Positions 26,807-32,000 of a DNA stretch of 32,000 nt are shown here, one piece after another. The notes beneath the pieces are model-generated. The model was not told the DNA's origin, searched no databases, and was given only the letters and a program-made list of their open reading frames with translations. Origin of the DNA: Aliivibrio fischeri ES114. GTDB lineage: Bacteria; Pseudomonadota; Gammaproteobacteria; Enterobacterales; Vibrionaceae. The position numbers and the translations under genes were made by a program. Position 1 is the first letter of the stretch. Each line of letters opens with the position of its first letter. The DNA is taken from the NCBI RefSeq assembly GCF_000011805.1, contig NC_006840.2, one strand, 5' to 3'.

Positions 26807-27972
26807 TATTTCACCTCTGCAGCAATCGCAAATGCTTGTTGAAGATCAGCAATAAGATCTCGGCTATCTTCTAATCCAACAGATAATCTCAATAACGTTG
26901 GAGCTAATCCCGCTTCTTCTTGAGCTTCATCAGACATCGCTCTATGTGTCATGGTTCCTGGGTGCGCAATCAAACTTTCAACACCACCTAGAGATTCAGC
27001 TAAAGAGAAATATTTCAATTCTTTAACGAATACTTTCAATTGCTCAAGTGAGCCATTTAATTCAAAACTGAGCATGGCACCAAAGCCTACTTGTTGACGT
27101 TTTGCAATTTCATGACCTGGATGCTCAGGTAAACTCGGGTGATAAATCGTACCGACTAATGGCTGCTCTTGAAGGCACTTGAGTACTTCTATTGCATTTT
27201 CTTCATGCACACGCATACGAGCACCAAGAGTTCGAATACCACGCAGTGTTAAATAACTATCGAATGCGGTACCCGTCGCTCCAATGCAATTTCCCCACCA
27301 TGCAAGATCATCCGCATGCGCTTTTGTTTTAGCGATCAATACTCCACCAACAACATCAGAATGCCCATTAATGTATTTGGTTGTAGAGTGGATAACAAAA
27401 TCAGCACCTAAAGAAAGAGGTTGCTGTAATACAGGAGAAAGGAAAGTGTTATCTACTGCGACTAACGCACCAACTTGAGCCGCTTTTTGGCAAATTTCAG
27501 CAATATCCACCACACGTACTAATGGATTTGAAGGGGTTTCAAGTAGGATTAATTTTGGCTTTTTAGCAATTGCAGCATCTAAAGCCTCAGTATTAGATTG
27601 GTCTACAAATAAAGTTTGGAAGTCTCCTTTATTTGCTCGAGTATTAAACAATCGATAAGTTCCTCCATAACAATCATGAGGAGCAACAATTAAATCGTCA
27701 GGACCAAGTAATGCAGATACCATTAAATTAAGAGCGGATGTTCCACAATTAGTGACCACTGCACCAGCCCCACCTTCTAAATCTGAAAGTGTGGTTTCTA
27801 ATTGAGTTCGAGTTGGATTTCCAGAACGAGCATAATCATACTTAGGTACATCCCCAAACTCTGGGAAACTATAGTTAGTTGATAAGTAGATAGGTGGCAC
27901 AACAGCGTTATGTTGTGAGTCTGTTTCAATGCCGGTACGAACAGCAATAGTTGCAGGTTTTCTTTCGCTCAT
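26806..27972 (-). CDS. metB: Cystathionine gamma-synthase (O-succinylhomoserine (thiol)-lyase)
   Basis: 388 aa. ATIAVRTG, RSGNPTR, the PLP-lysine region HSTTKYINGHSDVVGG, and LAESLGGVESLIAHPGTMTH. It is collinear with E. coli MetB in a metBL operon divergent from metJ. Confidence 0.93.
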   Translation of the reverse strand: MSERKPATIAVRTGIETDSQHNAVVPPIYLSTNYSFPEFGDVPKYDYARSGNPTRTQLETTLSDLEGGAGAVVTNCGTSALNLMVSALLGPDDLIVAPHDCYGGTYRLFNTRANKGDFQTLFVDQSNTEALDAAIAKKPKLILLETPSNPLVRVVDIAEICQKAAQVGALVAVDNTFLSPVLQQPLSLGADFVIHSTTKYINGHSDVVGGVLIAKTKAHADDLAWWGNCIGATGTAFDSYLTLRGIRTLGARMRVHEENAIEVLKCLQEQPLVGTIYHPSLPEHPGHEIAKRQQVGFGAMLSFELNGSLEQLKVFVKELKYFSLAESLGGVESLIAHPGTMTHRAMSDEAQEEAGLAPTLLRLSVGLEDSRDLIADLQQAFAIAAEVK

Positions 27973-28212
27973 AATTTCCCTTCCAAACTGCGGTGCAGTA
28001 ATGTAATACCAACGATATAAACTATCTAAACAGGCTTACAAGGGAATGTCTTTATCTTCACGTCTTAAATTTCGTAATTACACTAAATTAATTACTTCAA
28101 TTTATTTTTGATTATAGATAATTTTCCTTCGCAATTTCCCGCTCATATAATTAATATGACTGATATACGTTAATCCATAAGTATATTTATCCTACTTTAC
28201 CATCACAAAATA

Positions 28213-28244
28213 AGACGTCAACACTTCTAGACGTCTATATGTCT
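28213..28244. promoter_or_regulatory. MetJ operator: four tandem 8-bp met boxes
   Basis: AGACGTCA ACACTTCT AGACGTCT ATATGTCT are contiguous and match 27 of 32 positions against the AGACGTCT consensus (one box is perfect). They lie in the metB-metJ divergent region, abutting a candidate metJ promoter (TAAAAT at about 28266-28271). Confidence 0.8.
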
Positions 28245-28320
28245 TTACTTTTAGCGGTAAATATCGCTAAAATCGCCTATTCTACTTATATACATCAATA
28301 ATTCTGAACGAAGGTGAACA

Positions 28321-28641
28321 ATGGCTGATTGGAATGGTGACTATTTAAGTCCTTATGCCGAACATGGTAAAAAAAGCGAACAAGTAAAAAAAATTACTGT
28401 TTCTATTCCAACAAAGGTACTTCAAATCCTTACTGACGAGCGTACTCGTCGCCAGGTAAGCAACCTACGTCATGCGACAAACAGTGAATTATTGTGTGAA
28501 GCATTCCTACACGCATACACTGGCCAGCCTTTACCAACAGATGAAGATCTACGTAAAGATCGCCCAGATGATATTCCAGCTGAAGCAAAAGCATTAATGA
28601 CGGCAATGGGGATCGAATTCGAAGCGTTTGACGAAGAGTAA
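28321..28641 (+). CDS. metJ: Methionine repressor MetJ
   Basis: 106 aa. [72 protein letters not shown] is almost identical to E. coli MetJ over the ribbon-helix-helix core. Confidence 0.97.
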   Translation: MADWNGDYLSPYAEHGKKSEQVKKITVSIPTKVLQILTDERTRRQVSNLRHATNSELLCEAFLHAYTGQPLPTDEDLRKDRPDDIPAEAKALMTAMGIEFEAFDEE

Positions 28642-28653
28642 ATACGTTTCATT

Positions 28654-28699
28654 CCTCCTCCTTTTGTCTCCTCCTTCTTTTAATAAAATTAGGAGGATT
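28654..28699 (+). promoter_or_regulatory. Candidate MalT-box triad / MalT-dependent promoter of the amylase gene
   Basis: Two minus-orientation boxes, AAGGAGGAGG (28654-28663) and AAGGAGGAGA (28667-28676), sit in direct repeat with a 3-bp gap. One plus-orientation box has a GGAGGA core (28692-28697). The E. coli MalT box is GGGGA(T/G)GAGG with core GGA(T/G)GA. An AT-rich -10-like ATAAT lies at about 28721. Confidence 0.5.
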
Positions 28700-28760
28700 A
28701 CATTCCCTCTTGGTTAATAAATAATCACAGTGCCCTACTTATAAATATAAAGGACTTACT

Positions 28761-30782
28761 GTGAAAGAACAGATCGCAAAAACGACAATAGCTCTCGCTA
28801 TTACCTCACTTTTGAGCGCATGTGGCTCAACATCTAATAACGACATATCTCCCTTAACTTATCAATGTGATCCGCAAATGACGGCACAAAGCGATAACTT
28901 ACGGATTTACCAAATCATGGTCGAAAGCTTTGTCGATGGTGACAACACAATCGGACATGGTACAGGCTATGGTCCAAGTCATCATAATGGCGACCTACAA
29001 GGAATTATTGATTCATTAGATTACATTCAATCGCTTGGTATGAATGCCATTTGGATGACTCCTGTCTTTGAGTCAGCCCCTCTAGATAATCAAGACCATT
29101 GGGCAGATAAGCTCGATGCCACCGGATATTTTGCTACCGATTTTTTTAAAATAGATCCTCGCTTTGGTACATTAGAAAAAGCCAAAGAATTAGTTGAAGA
29201 AGCTCATAAGCGCGGTATTTACGTATTATTTGATGGTGTGTTTGGCCACCATAAAAAAGGACTCATTAAGCCATCGCCAACAGGGTTACTTCCAGCTGGA
29301 GAGCACAACCCAGTTAGCTACCCTGAAAGTGAAGCTTTTTATAAAGAAGTCGCAACCTACTGGATTAAAGAATTAAAAATCGACGGATGGCGATTAGACC
29401 AAGCTTACCAAGTGCCAACACAATCTTGGACAAACATTCGTAAAGCCGTTGACGCCGCATCAAAAGAGACCTTTTATACCAATAATAAAGGTGAGCAAGT
29501 AAATCCACTCGGCTATATGGTTGCCGAGATCTGGAATAACGAAAACTACATAACAGAAACAGGTTATGGCAGCGAACAAAATCCTGCTCTTTGCTCAGCT
29601 TTTGACTTTCCTTTGCGTTTTCGCGTTGCTGAAACCTTTGCAGTTAATGAAAGTGGCGTAGGACATAAAGGAGGAGATTGGCTTAATCAAGGTATGCAAA
29701 TGCACGAGCTTTATCCTCCTCATGCTGTACCTAATTTAATGCTAGGAAATCACGATGTTGTTCGCTTTGGTGACTTACTTCAACGTGGTGATATTGCTAA
29801 TCCAAACGACAAAAACTATTGGACTCGACACAAAGCAGCCCTCTCTTTTCAAGCCGCTTATACAGGCCCAATAACCCTATACTATGGTGATGAAATTGGT
29901 GATCAAGTTGACGGATTTTCCAAAAAAGAAAATAAAGATACTTGTGCTATTAAAGGACTTTGTGATGATCACATTGCTCGATCATCTGCCAAAATTGATG
30001 GTCTTACCGCCAAGTTGACTCCAGAGCAAACGGATTTAAAAAATTACGCTACCACATTAATGCAATTGCGTATTAAGCACCCAGCGCTATCTAAGGGTAA
30101 AAGAGTTAATCTAGTAGCTAATAAAGCAGTCTATATCGATCATAAACAATCTGAAAATGATGCCATTGTTTATATGGTAAGTACTCAAGAGGCAGATCAA
30201 ACGCTCTCCTTAGATGCAGAACAGATCGGGTCAAAAGGTAACTTAATTGATCTAATCACCGGGCAGATTTTCACTCCAATGAATGGAATATACACCATCC
30301 CATTATCCAACTTTGAAAGTCGATTTTTAACAATAGAAGAGCCAAATAGTACAGGGCCTATCATAGAGCAAAAAGAAATAGCGCTATATGGCAGTGGTTT
30401 TATGGCGCAATGCGATAACCCTACTATCACAGACACCAACGCCCCTTTACAAGATACCTTATATTTAGTTGGCGATTTCTCTGACTCTCCTTGGAGCCAT
30501 AAAGAAACCAGAGCGTATCAATATAAAGGAAACAACATTTATCAAGTGGTCATCAATGAAAAACGAGGCCCTTATAAAATGCAATATGCAACAAAAGGTT
30601 GGAGCGCTCAATATACCGCTGAAGGACTATCACCCAAATTGGGACAATCAAATAAACTCATTACTAGTGGCTATGGCCAAGATACCGCCATCTATCTTCC
30701 TGAAGATGGTAACTACGTTTGGAGCTTAGAGTTCAATTCCCAAGGAGAGCCAAAATCAATGATGGTTTCTAAGTGTAAATAA
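28761..30782 (+). CDS. GH13-family alpha-amylase/glycosidase lipoprotein with a C-terminal extra domain
   Basis: 673 aa with GTG start. Lipobox LLSA|C. GH13 conserved regions: I VLFDGVFGHH, II DGWRLDQAYQV (nucleophile Asp), III MVAEIW (acid/base Glu), IV LGNHDVVR. An extra roughly 110-aa aromatic-rich C-terminal segment is present. Confidence 0.9.
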   Translation: MKEQIAKTTIALAITSLLSACGSTSNNDISPLTYQCDPQMTAQSDNLRIYQIMVESFVDGDNTIGHGTGYGPSHHNGDLQGIIDSLDYIQSLGMNAIWMTPVFESAPLDNQDHWADKLDATGYFATDFFKIDPRFGTLEKAKELVEEAHKRGIYVLFDGVFGHHKKGLIKPSPTGLLPAGEHNPVSYPESEAFYKEVATYWIKELKIDGWRLDQAYQVPTQSWTNIRKAVDAASKETFYTNNKGEQVNPLGYMVAEIWNNENYITETGYGSEQNPALCSAFDFPLRFRVAETFAVNESGVGHKGGDWLNQGMQMHELYPPHAVPNLMLGNHDVVRFGDLLQRGDIANPNDKNYWTRHKAALSFQAAYTGPITLYYGDEIGDQVDGFSKKENKDTCAIKGLCDDHIARSSAKIDGLTAKLTPEQTDLKNYATTLMQLRIKHPALSKGKRVNLVANKAVYIDHKQSENDAIVYMVSTQEADQTLSLDAEQIGSKGNLIDLITGQIFTPMNGIYTIPLSNFESRFLTIEEPNSTGPIIEQKEIALYGSGFMAQCDNPTITDTNAPLQDTLYLVGDFSDSPWSHKETRAYQYKGNNIYQVVINEKRGPYKMQYATKGWSAQYTAEGLSPKLGQSNKLITSGYGQDTAIYLPEDGNYVWSLEFNSQGEPKSMMVSKCK

Positions 30783-30825
30783 GCCCTCCTTTACCTTAAT
30801 TTAATGAATAAAATATGAACTATTT

Positions 30826-30853
30826 CTAACCAACAATGTCTATTGTTGGTTAG
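30826..30853 (+). terminator. Strong hairpin after the amylase gene (terminator-like, no clear U-tract)
   Basis: CTAACCAACAAT-GTCT-ATTGTTGGTTAG is a perfect 12-bp stem, 44 nt after the stop codon. The downstream sequence ATCACATTTCTG is only weakly T-rich. Confidence 0.5.
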
Positions 30854-30970
30854 ATCACATTTCTGATTATTTCTTAATTTCCCTCTTTTACGATTTTCTT
30901 CATTATTTCCAATTTCAAAATATCTTTCGACGTGAGCCTTATCTCATAAATATTTTCAATCACTCCTACT

Positions 30971-30992
30971 AAGTGTGATTATTATCAAAAGA
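30971..30992. promoter_or_regulatory. Candidate CRP (cAMP receptor protein) site upstream of the maltoporin promoter
   Basis: aagTGTGAttattaTCAAAaga against the consensus TGTGA-N6-TCACA. The left half is perfect and the right half matches 4 of 5. It lies about 25 bp upstream of the first MalT-like box. Confidence 0.5.
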
Positions 30993-31010
30993 AGACCTGC
31001 CATTCATTTT

Positions 31011-31058
31011 TCTCATCCTTAGTACTACGCCCTATCATCCTTAAAAAGAGGAGGAGGG
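31011..31058 (+). promoter_or_regulatory. Candidate MalT-box triad / MalT-dependent promoter of the maltoporin gene
   Basis: Minus-orientation boxes AAGGATGAGA (31011-31020) and AAGGATGATA (31033-31042), plus a plus-orientation GAGGAGGAGG (31048-31057) that matches 9 of 10 positions of GGGGA(T/G)GAGG. The architecture is the same as upstream of the amylase gene. Confidence 0.55.
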
Positions 31059-31192
31059 CAAAATACCTATTTATTTTTAATCTGTGTCTCGTTCGATAAC
31101 GACAGATGTTTACTTCACTTCCCTACACTGCCATGAGTTAAGTAAACGTTTTCAAATCAAAATATCCTGAAAAAAGGAAATAGGATTTTAAG

Positions 31193-32000
31193 ATGAAAAT
31201 GAATAAATACACATTGCTTGCCGCTGCTGTTTCTACAGCACTATTTTCTGGCGCTACACTTGCTGAAACTGATGTTGCACTGGATGTCATCACAGGTGAC
31301 GAAGCAGCACCAAAAGTTGAAAAAGTAAATGGAACTGATGTTATTTCAGATGGTTGGGAAGTTCACGGTTACGCGTCAATGAACTTCCGCATGGTAGATG
31401 GTGAAACGGTTGATACTGAGTTTGGTAAACCAGACTATAAAACAGCAGGTACTCACGGAAAAAGTACTAACCAAGTTGAATTTGTAATCAAAAAACATAC
31501 TGAACACGCAAATGGCGTTTGGTCTGACTTTGTCGTTCGATCTGAATACGGTAATGGTAACTCTTACGCTTACTCATCTCCTGGTAGCCAAAAAGCCAAC
31601 ACAACGGCACAATTTGAAATCAAAGAAACTTATGTTGAAATTGGTGGCTTGTCTTACCTAGGTGAAGATACATCTATCTGGGGTGGTCAACGTTACCTAA
31701 ACCGTTCTGCAAGTGTACTATCGGGTGAATTCTGGAAACAATCATCAGGCGTTGGTGCAGGTATTCAAACTAAACTTGGTGGCAACACAGCAGGTTTTGC
31801 AATTGTTGCCGCAGATACTGATAGTGATATCAATAGCGGAGCCAGTGACAGACAAACATTAACCTCACACGATTTATACTACTACGGTGTTGATGTTGGC
31901 TTTGGTAGCTTAGATTTTGATTTCAAATACATCACTCAAGCTAATGTTCAAGATGATGACGGTTTCGGCGCATCTATCACATTAAACTCTAGTTACTATG
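31193..32000 (+). CDS. lamB: LamB-family maltoporin / carbohydrate-selective porin (N-terminal about 269 codons; continues beyond window)
   Basis: Manual translation: MKMNKYTLLAAAVSTALFSGATLA|ETDV... (signal peptide), then WEVHGYASMNFRM, TNQVEFVIK, and ETYVEIGGLSYLGEDTSIWGGQRYLNRSASVLSGEFWKQSSGVGAGIQ. This parallels the E. coli LamB segment [29 protein letters not shown]. It is open to the window end. The context is maltose-related (amylase gene, MalT boxes). Confidence 0.8.
   Translation, partial: MKMNKYTLLAAAVSTALFSGATLAETDVALDVITGDEAAPKVEKVNGTDVISDGWEVHGYASMNFRMVDGETVDTEFGKPDYKTAGTHGKSTNQVEFVIKKHTEHANGVWSDFVVRSEYGNGNSYAYSSPGSQKANTTAQFEIKETYVEIGGLSYLGEDTSIWGGQRYLNRSASVLSGEFWKQSSGVGAGIQTKLGGNTAGFAIVAADTDSDINSGASDRQTLTSHDLYYYGVDVGFGSLDFDFKYITQANVQDDDGFGASITLNSSYY

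Noticed and set aside
23858-30729. Assorted short track ORFs (23858-24085, 24475-24669, 25900-26106, 26335-26628, 26659-26874, 27284-27478, 28470-28652, 29194-29376, 30197-30439, 30469-30729)
   Set aside because: Each is antisense to, or out of frame within, leuO, metL, metB, metJ or the amylase gene, all of which have strong family-level support. None has an SD or recognisable motifs.
28652-31058. Polypyrimidine (CCTCCTCC) tract left of the amylase gene and polypurine (GAGGAGGAGG) tract to its right, read as terminal inverted repeats of a mobile amylase cassette
   Set aside because: The similarity is confined to about 10 nt of low-complexity sequence. No transposase or target-site duplication is present. 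Each side contains boxes in both orientations. The motifs are better explained as MalT boxes of two separate maltose-regulated promoters.

Overview
This AT-rich window (roughly 38-40% GC by eye, not computed) reads as a conserved core-chromosome region of a Vibrionaceae genome, possibly Aliivibrio-like (inference from protein sequences and synteny). I count 27 protein-coding genes, two of them low-confidence small ORFs, and one tRNA.

**Gene content, left to right:**
- A partial ExeA/GspA-like AAA ATPase, cut by the window edge.
- cca, uppP, folK, folB, plsY and tsaD.
- The macromolecular-synthesis operon rpsU, a GatB/YqeY-domain gene, dnaG and rpoD.
- A CAU-anticodon tRNA that looks like ileX (tRNA-Ile2).
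- A less conserved block: a small membrane ORF, an 8-strand-type outer-membrane barrel, an acyl-CoA ligase and a membrane protein.
- pykF, a GntR/FCD regulator, and a Cache-PAS-GGDEF diguanylate cyclase.
- ilvIH, a eukaryote-type long-chain acyl-CoA synthetase, and leuO.
- metBL divergent from metJ.
- A GH13 alpha-amylase lipoprotein and the start of a LamB-family maltoporin.

I found no integrase, transposase, CRISPR array, restriction or toxin-antitoxin operon, or other recognisable defence or mobile system. I cannot support a claim of a new multi-gene system here.

**Most noteworthy unexplained or regulatory signals:**
- A near-perfect sigma32 promoter motif inside dnaG, upstream of rpoD.
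- Two different perfect heptanucleotide tandem arrays between cca and uppP.
- An unlisted 43-codon hydrophobic ORF with a strong Shine-Dalgarno (SD) sequence, preceded by two GTCTAA/TTAGAC palindromes.
- Four tandem MetJ boxes.
- MalT-box triads, plus one CRP-like site, in front of the amylase and maltoporin genes.
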